Positions 29,480-43,294 of a DNA stretch of 64,000 nt are shown here, in pieces. The stretch is taken from assembly GCF_009914755.1 (NCBI RefSeq), contig NC_060936.1; one strand, 5' to 3'. The notes beneath the pieces were generated by a model that saw only the letters and a program-made list of their open reading frames with translations, had not been told where the DNA came from and did no database searches. The stretch's first letter is position 1. Each line of letters starts with the position of its first letter. A program made the position numbers and the translations under genes. This stretch comes from the human T2T-CHM13v2.0 reference genome, Homo sapiens.

Positions 29480-30617
29480 TTTCATGGTTAATACTGATTG
29501 TCACCTTGATTGAATTGAAGGCTACAAAGCATTGATCCTGGGTGTGTCTGTGAGGGTGTTGTCAAAGGAGACTAACATTTAACTCAGTGGAATGATAAAT
29601 ATATATATATATATAATATATATATATGCATATATATATATCTCCTATGGAGGATATATTTTTATATATATTCTCATGTGGAGGATATATTTATATATAT
29701 ATATGTATTCTCCTGTGGAGGATATATTTATATATATATATATTCTCCTGTGGAGGATATATTTATATATATATATGTTCTCCTGTGGAGGACATATTTA
29801 TATATATATGTTCTCCTGTGGAGGATAGATTTATATATATATATTCTACTGTGGAGGATATATTTTTATATATATATATTCTCCTGTGGAGGATATATTT
29901 ATATATATATATATATTCTCCTGTGGAGGATATATTTTTATATATATATATATATTCTCCTGTGGAGGATATATTTTTATATATATATATATATTCTCCT
30001 GTGGAGGATATATATTTATATATATATATATATTCTCCTGTGGAGGATACATTTTTATATATATATTCTCCTGTGGAGGATATATTTATATATATATATA
30101 TTCTCCTGTGGAGGATACATTTATATATATATTCTCCTATGGAGATATACATATATATATTCTTAGGGAGATATATGTATATCTTCTACAGGAAGCAAAA
30201 TTTTGCTAGTGGGTCACTAGGAGTGATGGATCTCTAGGCCAGAAGAATGTTATGTCATGGAAACAGGAAGCAAAAATTTTGCTAGTGGATCACTAGGACT
30301 GATATATATATATACATATATATATGTATATATATCAGTATATATATGATATATATGTATATATATTATATACATATATGTCATTTATATATATATATAT
30401 CAGTCCACTGACTCAAATGTTAGTCTCCTTTGACAACACCCTCCACAGACACACCCAGGATCAATGCTTCAATGCAATCAAGTTGACAATCAGTATTAAC
30501 CATCAAAAGTCCACCTAATGTCAACTTGATATCCTATGTATATCCTATTTTATATATATATCCTATTATATATATATCCTACTAGTTCTGTCTCTCTAGA
30601 GAACCCTGGCTAATACA
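29480..30617 (+). mobile_element. Rearranged HERV-L 3' LTR: only ~29480-29594 and ~30530-30617 remain in native orientation
   Basis: Start matches the first ~115 bp of the 5' LTR; end gagaaccctggctaataca is followed by the TSD; the central ~250 bp seen in the 5' LTR is absent. Confidence 0.9.
29595..30180. repeat. AT-rich minisatellite, about 15 units of (AT)n-TTCTCCTGTGGAGGATATATTT, 30-40 bp period
   Basis: Core ctcctgtggagga counted directly from 29641 to 30145; TA-run length varies between units. Confidence 0.97.
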
Positions 30618-33562
30618 GTGCTCTTAAAAGCACTAAGTTATATGCATTCACAAAGATGGTTTGGACTTGGACTTTTGGGTTAATGCTAGAATGAGTTAAG
30701 AATTTGGGAAACTGTTGGAAAGGCATGATTGTGTTTTGATATATGAGGACATGAGATTTGGGAGGGGCCAGGGGCATAATGATATGGTTTGGCTCTGTAC
30801 TCACTCAAATCTCATCTTGAATTGTAATCCCTGTAATCCCCATATGTCTAGGGAGAGACCTGGTGAAAGGTGTGTGGATCATGGGGGTGGTTCCCCCATG
30901 CTGTTCTCATGGTAGTGAGTGAGTTCTCATGAGATATGTTGGTTTAATAAGGGGTTCTTCTCCCTTTGCTCCACACACTTCTCTCTCCTGCCTCCTTGTG
31001 AAGAAGTTGCCTTCTTCCCCTTCTATCATGATTGTACGTTGCCTGAGGCCTCCCCAGAGGTGTAGAACTGTGAGTCAATTAAACCTCCTTTGTTTATAAA
31101 CTACCCAGTGTCGGGTAGTATCTTTATAGCAGTGTGAGTCGCTTATACACCGACTTACTATAAAAAATATGTAATTTGCATAAAGTCTGATGTGAATCCA
31201 GATCCTCTCCAGGGAATCATTCCTCCCTGTGTGAGCTCAGTATTTGGAATTTCTTTGATATTTTGGCACCTTCAACCAACACATGTTTTAGTGATTGCTC
31301 AGCAAAAAGGAGGAAAGACAGGGAATCACACACTGGTTCTATAATATTTGTACTAAAATGTGGCATATGACACATTTATGTCCTATTGGTCAAAGCTGGT
31401 CAGTACAAAGCAGTGGAGTATTCTCTTAGATGCAGGATGCAAGAAGGCCAGAAATATTGGTGAGGGTCACTAGTATCTTGTATATCAGATGAGCATGATA
31501 GAGGAAAATTAAATCAGTTCAATGGATGGTATATTTAAAAGAGTTATTCTAATAATGTTTCATGGAATCTAAGTTATAAAACAAGTTAAATAAGGGAAAG
31601 CAAGGTATTGGGTCATGAATACCAAAAGGTTCCAATGTAATGAGGTCCTAGACTGTCCAAAGCTTAGTTGACAAAGGGATAGTAGACTCAGATGGAAAAG
31701 TTGAAGTAGATGGCAAAGAATGAGCATTGATAAAGACATTTTTTATGTTTGTTTTAAATGGCAGTAATTTTCAATGGCACTAATTGCCAGTAAGAATGGG
31801 AAACTAAAATAGTTTAGAAGAAAAGTCATTGGAAATGCCAGTCATTGGAGTGACAAGCCATGGCATTTGAAAGTTTACATATATAGATATTGCAGTTTCC
31901 GGTGTAAAAGACAGGGAAGTGAAGTAGCAATGTGCATAGACTTTGCATTGAAAGACAGGTGGTGGAAAGTATAAACCAAGCAGAAAGAATTGAGGTTTTA
32001 AGATAGGAGTAATGATCTTGGTGAACACTAAGGAGATGTAGACTCCTTGAGTAACAGTCAGATTCAGACACTGAGAGAAGACTTAGTAAAGATATAGAGA
32101 TTTGCTGTTAACAGAGGGTAGTTACAGTGACTGTGTTTGGGAGTTAGGGAATGTTAGGACATTGGGTCCAATTAGGGGATCTATAGAGACATATGGGTGA
32201 TTGTGGAAGTTTGGGGATTTTAGTTGTTTCCAAAATAAACAGGACTATAAAATGATTACATTAGTACTGATGGTTTCTTAGGGAAAATTGGGTAATCAGT
32301 TCTAATTATAGCTTCCTTTTTAGGATTAATCTGTTTAACAGTTTGTAAGCAGGCAGCATATAGGCCAAGGGAGGGGCAGTCTTACCAAGAACATCAGTTG
32401 CTCTACGGATCTCTGTAAATCTTGTTTGGCAGTGGCCCCACTAAGGGAAATAGTAATGGGAAAAACAGAGCTTTGTGTATCTCTTAAGTATTATAATAGG
32501 ATGAATTAGGGCCAGAAAAGAAGCAGTAGTACATAGAGCATTTGCACCTTTGAATGGTTTTCCACGTTGAAATCCCACTAATAATGATAATTTCTGCTTT
32601 AACTTTCTACTGTTGATATTAATATTTTATGGTGTATGCTCACAAGCACAAACCCAAACAAAGCAAGACTGCATGTGTGTGTGCCCAGGCACTTATTAGA
32701 TATGTTCTCAAACAAGTAACTAAACTTCTTTGGGCTTCAGTTTCCTATCTGAGAAACACTACCAATTCAGTTGTTATCAGAATTAGACAAAGTAATATGT
32801 TCAAAGCACCAAGAAAAATACCTAGCACAGAGCTTTTGATACTATTATTATTAAGTAAGTGTTGTCTACTGTTTTCATTGAATAGTCTTCTAAAGTATGG
32901 TCAAATCTTTCTTCTATTTGTAAACTATATCTTGTCCCTGTGTGCTAGTAATCATTTATGAAGACCTTTAAAGATGATTGTGATTTGGTCTTTGTGCATC
33001 ATAAAGGGGAAAATCAAGAATTTGTTTATAACTGTAGATACTGAATTTTAGATCTAATATTTAAATCTATTATTTTGAGAACCTAACTTGCAGATCATCC
33101 CATATTTCACAGTCAATGCTAAATAAGCGGATGTTTTATTGTTCTGTTTTTCTAACCTTCACCAGAAAAATAAAATATTTCAATAAAGCTGAAACAACCA
33201 TCAGAGGCCTCTATTTGGAGTGTGTCAGTGAACCAGTTACAACATTTATCATATACCAATAAGAACCATTATTTAATTTTAGGATTTATGCCAATAATTC
33301 TTTATCCTTCTGATTGCAAAATAAAAGTAATAACTCAATCCTATTAAATATGCAAACTTAATGGTGGTGGTGGGGTTATGTTTCACAGAATGCTAGTGAT
33401 GTCTTTATCAGAATTCAGTGTCAGGTTGTTACCTCTTCATGAAATGAATCAAAAAGCTTCCCATGTTTTCTTCTCCTCTTCCAGAGACAAAGAAATTTTA
33501 TGCTCTGTGATAGGCTCTGGTTCTACTACAAACTAACAGCATTTTGCTGACTATTTTTGCTT

Positions 33563-33566
<4 letters not shown>

Positions 33567-33600
<34 letters not shown>
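33567..33600. repeat. (TA)n microsatellite
   Basis: About 17 uninterrupted AT units. Confidence 0.95.
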
Positions 33601-33602
<2 letters not shown>

Positions 33603-34394
33603 TCTATTTTCATTCCCATCTACCTTATTTTTAAATAAAATTGAGAACATATTGTTTTTCTAAAAAAAAAGACCACTGCATTAAGATTTTTATTTTTGTA
33701 GCTAGAATTATCTGTAATATTATCTTCTACTGTTTTTTTAATTTTTTAAAATTATTTTCTTATTTATTCATTATTCTGAGGTTAAATGCCTATTTTAATT
33801 CTCTTTTTTATGTCTTTTTATTTCCTTGCTTATTTTACCACAGGTTTCTTCATTTCATTGATTAGTCAGATAAAAAATTCCTGAATGTATTTATCAATTA
33901 TATATTTTACCTTCAATTTATTTAATTTTTTGCTTTAATGCAATTTCAGACACATAGTTTTGTTATTCCTCTTCCAGTTTCTTAAATCGAATTCTCATTA
34001 TATTTATTTTAATTTTCTCTTCATTCATAATTAACTAACATTTTACTGATTTTTCTTTTGAAAATATTTGATGCATTAGTTTTGACATTTAGGATGTAGT
34101 TGTTAATGTTTAAATAGTCTAAAACTACTGTTTAATTATCTCTTTTCTCTAACTAAGAAGACATTTACTTTTGTACAAGAGGGTAGATTAAAAATATTTT
34201 TGGTGACTTCAAGATGTTTGCATTGAGGTTGAAGACTAGGACTTAAACAGCTTCAGTGTTTTAAAGCATGTTGAACTCTAATAAGCAATTGCTGGCTTTT
34301 GAAACATTAATGGTTACTAGACAAAAGGATCTGTTTTATGGTATAAAGTTTAATACACTCCTTCACCTTATTATTTTATTAGAACATAATACAA

Positions 34395-35045
34395 TGTTAA
34401 GTACAGGTCTGGCATAGAATAGTTCTGGGTAAAATGCTGGCCTCATTTAACAGCTATGTGACCTTGAATCACTCACTTTCTGTCTCAGGATAAATCCTAT
34501 TTAAATTATTTTAGCTTTATTTTTCTGTATCAAAAATTACTATGATGGCTAAATGAAATTTGTAAAGTACTTAATATATTGCATAGAAGAAAATAATTTT
34601 TATTAAATTATTAAATTGTAATTGCTATTGATATTATTGGTTTAATTATTACTATTTATGATTATGTACATCTTACAAACACACATATCAAAGTCTAAAA
34701 GAGGTATGATTATTTTTTCCAACTGCTTTTGTAACTTACTTGCATATTTACAGCCAATGCAGTATGATTAAGGCACAGGAGTTTTATGGCAATTTTATCT
34801 TCTTAGAGAAATATAAAACTAAAAATCTTGTGCTCTGAATTTATCTGGCCTGGATATCAGTCTGAACTCCATTGTTTTCCAATTACATGGTCTTTGAAAA
34901 AATTAACTCGCTTTATTTATTTATTTATCTTGGAAACAAAAATTATACCAAGTATAATTTAGAACTATATATGAGTTAATAAACATAAAGTTATAGAACA
35001 GTCACTGGTACAGTATAAAAACTCACTAAATGCAGCTATTACTAA
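34395..35045 (+). mobile_element. Two MIR fragments (~34395-34600 and ~34760-35045)
   Basis: cagctatgtgaccttgaatc; gcagtatgattaaggcacagg...cactggtacagtataaaaactcactaaatgcagctatt. Confidence 0.55.
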
Positions 35046-35436
35046 TATCATATATTAAGCCCTTCAAGGAAAAATATATGTTATACTATGAAATGTCACC
35101 CATTTGCTTTGTTTACCATATATGTACCTATTTTTAACTTTTTAATGTCACTTAATTTCAGGTATGACTATTTCATGTAGTTATATTCTACCTTTTGTCA
35201 CTTTGTTTTATTTTAATAAGTACAACTCCTTAAAATTTAATGTTTTAATTGATACAAGTTGTGTTGCATTTATTTGCAAGCTTGCTATATGCCTCAATTT
35301 TTAAATTTTCTTGGTTGTGTTCTTACTTGCTTGAATTTTTTCCAAAGTGATTTTTAATAGTTTTTTTAAAGTTGTTTTTAATCTGTATTTTTCTAGTTGA
35401 TAAAATTAAGAAAAATACTAATTTTGGCTTACCTAT

Positions 35437-35468
35437 TGACAGGTCTCTTCACACGGACGCGCATTAAA
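35437..35468 (+). mobile_element. 32-bp collapsed LTR7/HERV-H-like solo LTR
   Basis: tgacaggtctcttcacacggacgcgcattaaa flanked by cctat (35432-35436 and 35469-35473); matches recalled LTR7 termini TGTCAGG... and ...GGTCTCTTCACACGGACGCGCATGAAA. Confidence 0.75.
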
Positions 35469-36624
35469 CCTATAACAACAAAAAAAATTTAGCCCACTTT
35501 TGTTTTGCTCTATTCAAACCAGTTAAAGATTTTTCTCAATACTCTGTCATTTTACATACATAAAATTTTTCAGTATTTGATATTTTTACCATCTGCCATC
35601 TTTTTCTGACAGATTAACAAAAATGACTATATTTTTTGCCATTTATCTTTTATTTTAGTACTTAACTTTATTCACTTACACTGTAATTGTTCTTTACATT
35701 TTTTCTCTATCTTTAATCTCCTTTCATTATATACATATCTTAAATTTTGGAAAGAAAGGAATGAGAAAGACTTTTTAACACTATGGACATGAGAAGATTT
35801 TTATTTTTTATTGAGTTCAAACAAGTGACTACTTAGCAAGGCTTGACATTTGGTGGTCACAATTTTTTTTTCAGTCAATATTCTGAAAACTGTGCATTGT
35901 GAATTCTGGCATTTTGTTTGTGCAGCAATATCACAACCACCACTGACCTTTCTTCAGTAGTATCCATTACTTTGTTTATTTGTCTTTCTTATTTTCCATT
36001 TGTGATGGCTTAAATAATGTTTTTCTTATCTTTTTAGTTCAAAATTTTTTCATAATAAATCATTTTTGTTGATATTCCTGAGCAAACTATGAAATCATTA
36101 TCAGCTTTCTGTCACTTGAAATCTTTAGCTATTTAGTCATTTGCTTCTGATACAGAAATTATTGGTACCTTTCACTACATTATCTAACCTTGACATTTGT
36201 CACTCTTCTTTTTTCAACATTTGAAATTCATTACCCTTTATTCTCCACATTCTGGGAGAGATTCTCACATTTGTTTTTGAGGTTAATGATTCAATTTTCT
36301 GTAGCACCAAATTTTATTTTCTTTCCCTGAAATGCAGTCTTTTTTAAAAAATAATTTTTCATTTTGGACTTATGTTATTACCTTTTAATCTCTTCTGATT
36401 TATTCCTTATGTTTTGGTTTTCTCATTTATAAGAACAAATGCCTTGAAATTCATTAAGAATGTGAACAACATTCTAAATTTGTTATTTTGGTTCTTGCAT
36501 TATATAATTTCAGAAGTATGTGCTTTTTGTGTGTCTTCCAGGTACTAATACATTTACTTATAATGTGTAATGTAGAAAAATTGTTCCATGTTATCATTTT
36601 GTTCTTATGTCTATTACTGTAAAT

Positions 36625-37050
36625 ACGTATTGCTTAGTATAGCCTAAATGCAATAGAAATAGGACCAAACAAATGGCTTAACACAATAGACGCTTATATA
36701 TATTTTTTGCTCCCAAAACAATAATTGTTAAATGTACAGGAGGCAGATGATCTTTTATCCATGAATTCATTCAATGACCCAGGCTCCGATTTATTATATC
36801 TCTACCAATGCACAGATATTTCTTATTCTCTGTATGCACCCGTCATAAGAAGAAAGAACAAAAAATAGACTGCATAAGTGGTTTTAATGGACCAGAACTG
36901 GACCATAATGGCTCACGTCATTATGGCTCATGTGCTGTTGGTGGGAACTCAGTTCTATAGCTATGTCTAACTCTGAGTAAGCCTGAGAAATGAGGCCATT
37001 TGTGTGCCAGAGAAGAAGAAAATGGATTTGGTTAATAGCTAGCAGTCTCA
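36625..37050 (-). mobile_element. Old MLT1-type LTR fragment
   Basis: aaatggcttaacacaataga...cattcaatgacccaggctcc...gcctgagaaatgagg. Confidence 0.45.
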
Positions 37051-38324
37051 GAAATTTTCAAACAAGGCAATATATGGTCTGTCAATATACAAGCCAGAAT
37101 GAAGTAGACTGAGTAGGGTGTCTTTAGAAATAAATATTAATTAGCAACACTGGCCTTTAAACCTGCTTGGTAACGTCACCCTTTCTCAAACAAGCATAAA
37201 ATCTCAAATCTAGCCCATAGTTTTTCTACACATTTGCATATCTTAGCAAATATTTCAGTCCTTAAGTATTAAATAATAAATCAATAAAGTCTTGCCTAAG
37301 CTAGTATCAAAAGATAAACTCACCCAATTTAGAATTTTTTTCTTATTCAACTTCAGCATGACTTAGACTTGAAAATATACAGTGCAAGGAGAGAGAGTTT
37401 GTCTTTTTTTGGTATTTTATGGGCACACAGTAGGAAACATTAACGGCTGTTACTTTCAAAGAAATGGGAAGTCACATTCCTAGTTGACATGGTAACATGC
37501 AAAGCTCCAAGCCAATTTCTAATCTTTAATAGATTTTATTTAGGGTTTTGAGTGTTTTCCCTACTGAAATAAAATCTTCTTTTTTTTTCTCAGTTGATTT
37601 GCTGTATGTAATTCTGAATAAATACAGAAAAGTCCATGGAGGAAAATGCATTAAATGCTCAGTCGGCTTTGTTCCTATTAGGTTTCTTAATGTTTCATAG
37701 CCTACTAGTTTTAGTCAAGGTACAACTTCCATGAAGCATAAATTCTCATCAGCACCCTACAAATCCTCCTAAATACTACTGGCTTCTCTTTAGAACCCTA
37801 CCATTCCATTACCAGTTATTCTCCACAATATGAAACATTTGTCTAAATGTAGAGCTATGGTAAGTATAATAGTATTCATGACTGAGGAGTATCATTCAGT
37901 TTTTGGACTCCACATGTACTGAGACAGGTGTTAGATCTTACAAGTATTATGAAAGATAACATTAACATAATCAGAATGACATAAAGCCTAAGTAATTTTT
38001 TAAAATCCAAATTTATCTGCCTTATCATTAGTGCAAATTACTTTTTGCTTTACATTTTCTGACAGCCTTAGCTTTCATTAAGAGTTTTCATTTTTTCTTC
38101 AGTGATGCCACAGGTGTATTTAAAGTGAGTGCCTTGTCCTTTTCTGTTTAAATGTTATTATTATGTAACATACTAGCCCTGAGTATTTGTATATTATTTA
38201 AAAAAATATATAAAATTTCTAACTGAATAACTGTGCTGTAGTTTGTCTAAATTTTACTATTATGGGATTCACACTAAAAAAATAGAACACTTTTCTTAAT
38301 TACACTTGTTTAAGACTATCTTAC

Positions 38325-38546
38325 AGAAGGCGTTTCTCAAACTGATACCCATTGGAGAACTTTTGTTACTGACCCACAAAGAATTACTACAGAAATTGGA
38401 GTATTTACAAACATTTCTAGAAAATGCCATTGCTGTAACATACAAGTATGTGATAATTTTTTAGAAATCCATTTTTTTCACAATTATCCTTCTATGATGC
38501 AGACAGGCAAAATAATCTTTCACCACAGATAGTTTGAGAAGTCGTG
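38325..38546. mobile_element. hAT-Charlie-type non-autonomous DNA transposon (MITE)
   Basis: Terminal inverted match ttctcaaact (~38334) and agtttgagaa (38531). Confidence 0.6.
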
Positions 38547-38634
38547 TCCAAGAAATATTCAGTACTACTTCCATTATGCTTTGTTTTCCTGAGTCGCTGC
38601 CTATGTCCTGTCTTCCCAGGTCATCTATCATTTA

Positions 38635-39053
<419 letters not shown>

Positions 39054-39359
39054 TCATCAAGACTGTCCTAAATTCTCAGTCTCACTTCTAAGTGTTTTCA
39101 ACAACCACATGCATATGCATACACCTCTGCTTCATCATTTTCTAAACTATTTTGTTCCTGCTTTTTTTCTTTCACCTTCATGAATAGTCTCTATTTTTTT
39201 CAATCAACAAACTTGTTCTAGTTTCACCTGTCTAAAATATCTGTCTAATCTATCATTTATTATCAGTCATCTATTCTTTATAATTTATCTATTATCTATC
39301 TAGCTATTACAACATAACATTCTTTTCCAAATACTGTCTCATTCCACAATTCCTCTTCA

Positions 39360-40720
39360 TAAACATAAGTGAATGAATAAATTTTGAAAGAAGGGTCTAT
39401 CCTTACTGCCTGTACTTTCTCATTTACCCTTCCCTCCTCACTGCATCCCTGCTACTGCAATAAACTGCTTAATTGATGTATCAGCAATATTTAATGAAAA
39501 ATACTACTTTGTATTCTTACATCAGTTTATTTCTTCATGTTCTGTTTTCTTGTCACCCTCTATTTTCTTCTAGCTTATTGCTCACTCCATCTCAGTTTCT
39601 GGTGCCTGATGCTCCTTTTACGTCATTTGAGCTTAGATCAGGACTCGATCATCAAGCCTACTTTTCTTTTCTGAATATATCATCTTTCTCAGGCAATCTC
39701 ATGCAGTTCCATGACTATAAAAAACACCCATATGCTGAGACTCTCAAATGTCTATCTCCAGCCTTAACTTTTCATCCAAAATGTAGCCTCATTTCTGCAA
39801 CAGCTTACTTGACATCTCCATTTAGACAACTATTAGGTCTGTCCAATTCAAGACATCCTGAAGGAACTCATAATTTTCTCTTCTACATGTGTCTTTTCCC
39901 TATGCTTCCCTTTCTTAGTAAATGACACCAGTACTAACTTAGTACTTAAACCAAAAAATTGATTATCTTTGTTGATTTTCATACATTTTAACCTTTCCTT
40001 TAGAAAATATTTTCATCTCTACTTCCAAAATATATCGCAGATTCTTTCACTTGTCCTCCACTGCTTCATTAACATACTTGGCTGGATCATGTTTATAACT
40101 AGATGAGACTATATTAATAGCCTTCACTGGTCTTTGTGTAAGCTTCCTTCTTATGCTATTCTCCAAGCATCAGTCACACTAAATAGTTGAATCACTCATC
40201 ATGCAAGCATTTAAAACTTTTTAGTAACTCTTTGTACAATTATAATAATATCGAAAATTATTGTAGTAATGTAAAAGTATTTGCTTTCTGCTCCTCTCTC
40301 AGAAATCCCCGAAATATTTCTACACTTGTTATCAATCTAGTCACATTGGCTTTCAGAGAGCTCACAGCATTTGTGTTTGCTGTTCCTTTTGCCTATAATA
40401 TTCTTCCTTGGCTTCTCAATATTTATATGCATGTCTTGTCTGAAACCATGGCCCTTGACAGATCCTTCTCAGCCAATCAATTTAAAGGTATTCTCCATTG
40501 TTCAGTATCACAATACTCCCTTCTATTTTTATCAAAGTGTATATCACTAACTGATACTATCTTGTTTGTGTGTGATTTTGTTTTTCTTGTTTATAGTCTT
40601 CCCACCTTCTTCTAAATTAAATGTATGTCCCTGAATTTATTAATAAAGTTTGTCTTGATATGTGCTATACTTAGAAGAAGGCTTACTGGAAGTCTGAAAT
40701 ATTTTTTAAATGAATGAGAT
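39360..40720 (-). mobile_element. L2 fragments
   Basis: ctcatgcagttccatgactataa...tctatctccagcc...ttgacatctcca; ends taaatgaatga. Confidence 0.7.
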
Positions 40721-40976
40721 TTAGAAGCAGCTGAATTAACAGCTACTGGCCAGAGGTTATTTTAAACAAGAAGTTATTTAGGTCATGTTTTATATGTATA
40801 TTTGATCATTCAAGTTAATTTTAGTATTTATCTAGAGATTCAAACAGTTATGCTAATTTAAATTTTTCTCTAGTGGTTTTACCCAGACAAGAAAATGGTG
40901 GGAAAACTGATGTTACATAAAATGAAATATCTCTAGGAGCAAAGGAAAATAAATAAAAATATAAAAGATACCAAAG

Positions 40977-41770
40977 GTTTTATTTTTCTTTTCTATTTTC
41001 CTTTTATTTTAGTTGGCACACACAATTATATATATTTTTGGGATACAGTGCAATATTTTGAAACATGTATACAAGTGCAATGATCAAATCAGGGTATTTA
41101 ACATATCTATCACCTTGAACATTCATCATTTGTGTTGTGAACATTAAAAATCCTCTCTTCTAGCGTTTGTAAATATACACTAAATTATTTTTAACCATAT
41201 TCATCCTAAACTGCTACAGAACATTAGAATGTATTCCTCCCATCCAGGTGTAGCTTTATATCCACTAACCAAACTCTCTTTGTCCCCCCTATTCCCACTA
41301 CTTCTCCAGATGCTAATAACCACAACTCCACTCTCTGCCTTTGTAAGCTCAATTTTCCTTTAGCTCCCACATATGAGTGAGAACATGTGATATTTATCTT
41401 TCTGTGCCTGACTTATTTCACTTAACCTAATGTCCTCCAGTATCATGCATGTTGCCACAAATGAAAGGATTTTCTTCTTTTTTTATGGCTGAACAGTATC
41501 CCATTGTGACTACATACCACATTTTCTTTGTCCATACATCTTTTGATGTTGATGCCATATTTTTGCTATTGTGAATAAAGATGCAGAAAGCATGCAGTTC
41601 AAATATCTCTTTGATACACTGATTTCCTTTCCTTTGGATATAATACTCAGTAATTGGATTGCTGGATCATATGGCAATTATAGTTTTCATTTTTAGGGAA
41701 ACCTACATACAGTTTTCCATCATATATGCATTAGTTTACATTCCCACCAACAGTATATGTTTTAAGAGTT
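40977..41770 (-). mobile_element. L1MA-type 3' end
   Basis: T-rich tail; aatgatcaaatcagggta; tagctcccacatatgagtgagaacatg. Confidence 0.88.
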
Positions 41771-42899
41771 CTCTCAAATGATTATTTTAAAATATAGTTA
41801 CTATAAATAAATGAAAACTGCTTTAATAGACCTTACCATTTCAAATGGTTACAAGAAAGAAAATTATCTGCTTTTACAGATTATTTGTTTTTCAACTCTG
41901 TGACTTGGAAAGGGACTAAGTATACTGACAAAGCAAAAAATAATGTAACTTCATTAAACATGCTAATTTAGATTCCTCTTAAAAATGCCAAACTATATTT
42001 TATTACTTTTTCAATTACAACTAATCTATTTTTGAAGTTCTAATTAAGTGCCTGAATGAGAAAAAATGTTCTTGTTTTAGTTTTTAAAGGATTAGTGGTT
42101 GTTTCATTGACTGAAACATGAAATATGAATTAAAAAATTTATTTCTGGATGCAATAACAAAATTTTAGGTTTTGAGTAACAGTGAACTGAAAACTTTAGA
42201 AATATTGTGTATGTGTTTTATTTTAACTGTGTTCTCTTAAAATGTTGTAAAAAAGTATATTTCCAGTTTAAACTGGCATATCTTAAATTTGCATTTGGGG
42301 ACAGAGATGGATATTAGCACCATGCTTTGAAAATTTTAGTTCTTACTTTCAATTATTGAAAGTATTATTTTGTCTCACCAGAAGAATATAACTGCCACAG
42401 TTCAAGTTATCATAGATATCCCCTGTGGTATCATATTTTACTCCATGAGAGTCTATGTGTGTTGATGTATAAAGATATGCTTACTGTAAATATATAAAAA
42501 TTTTTCTTCAAACCTTTTGTCTGTCTATACTCTCTAAATAATTGGTTTGACTTGGGAAAAAGTCTTAATTTAAAAGTGAAATTTCTTCAAATTTTCAAAG
42601 ACCATTAATTATTTCACAGAATTTTATTATTTTTAGAAAAGTATATTTAGTGAGGGAATATAATGATAGAACATTTTTATTATTTATATAAGTTTTACAT
42701 CAGCTAATTTATATAAGATACAGCATTTCCTTTGTAATTCATGTGTATTTGGTTGGAAAAATAGGGCTAGTTTACTGATGAAGTGAGTAGACACATGGGA
42801 AAAAACTGGAACAAGTTCTAACACTGTAGAATCTTAGTTTAATACACAAACCAGGGTTGATAAAGTGAATAAGAGAGAAACATTAAAATATGAACCATA

Positions 42900-43294
<395 letters not shown>

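Noticed and set aside
29640-30170. CRISPR-like array of palindromic repeats with spacers
   Set aside because: The spacers are just variable TA runs, not unique sequence; there are no cas genes and the context is primate repeat DNA. It is a minisatellite.
29592-30237. Long ORFs (203, 162, 129 aa) with [10 protein letters not shown] repeats
   Set aside because: They arise on both strands from a stop-poor TA-rich tandem repeat, with no sign of a real gene.
39473-40615. 150-aa and 142-aa ORFs, and the 158-aa ORF at 60494-60970
   Set aside because: They lie in L2, MLT1 or low-complexity DNA and show no recognisable domain.
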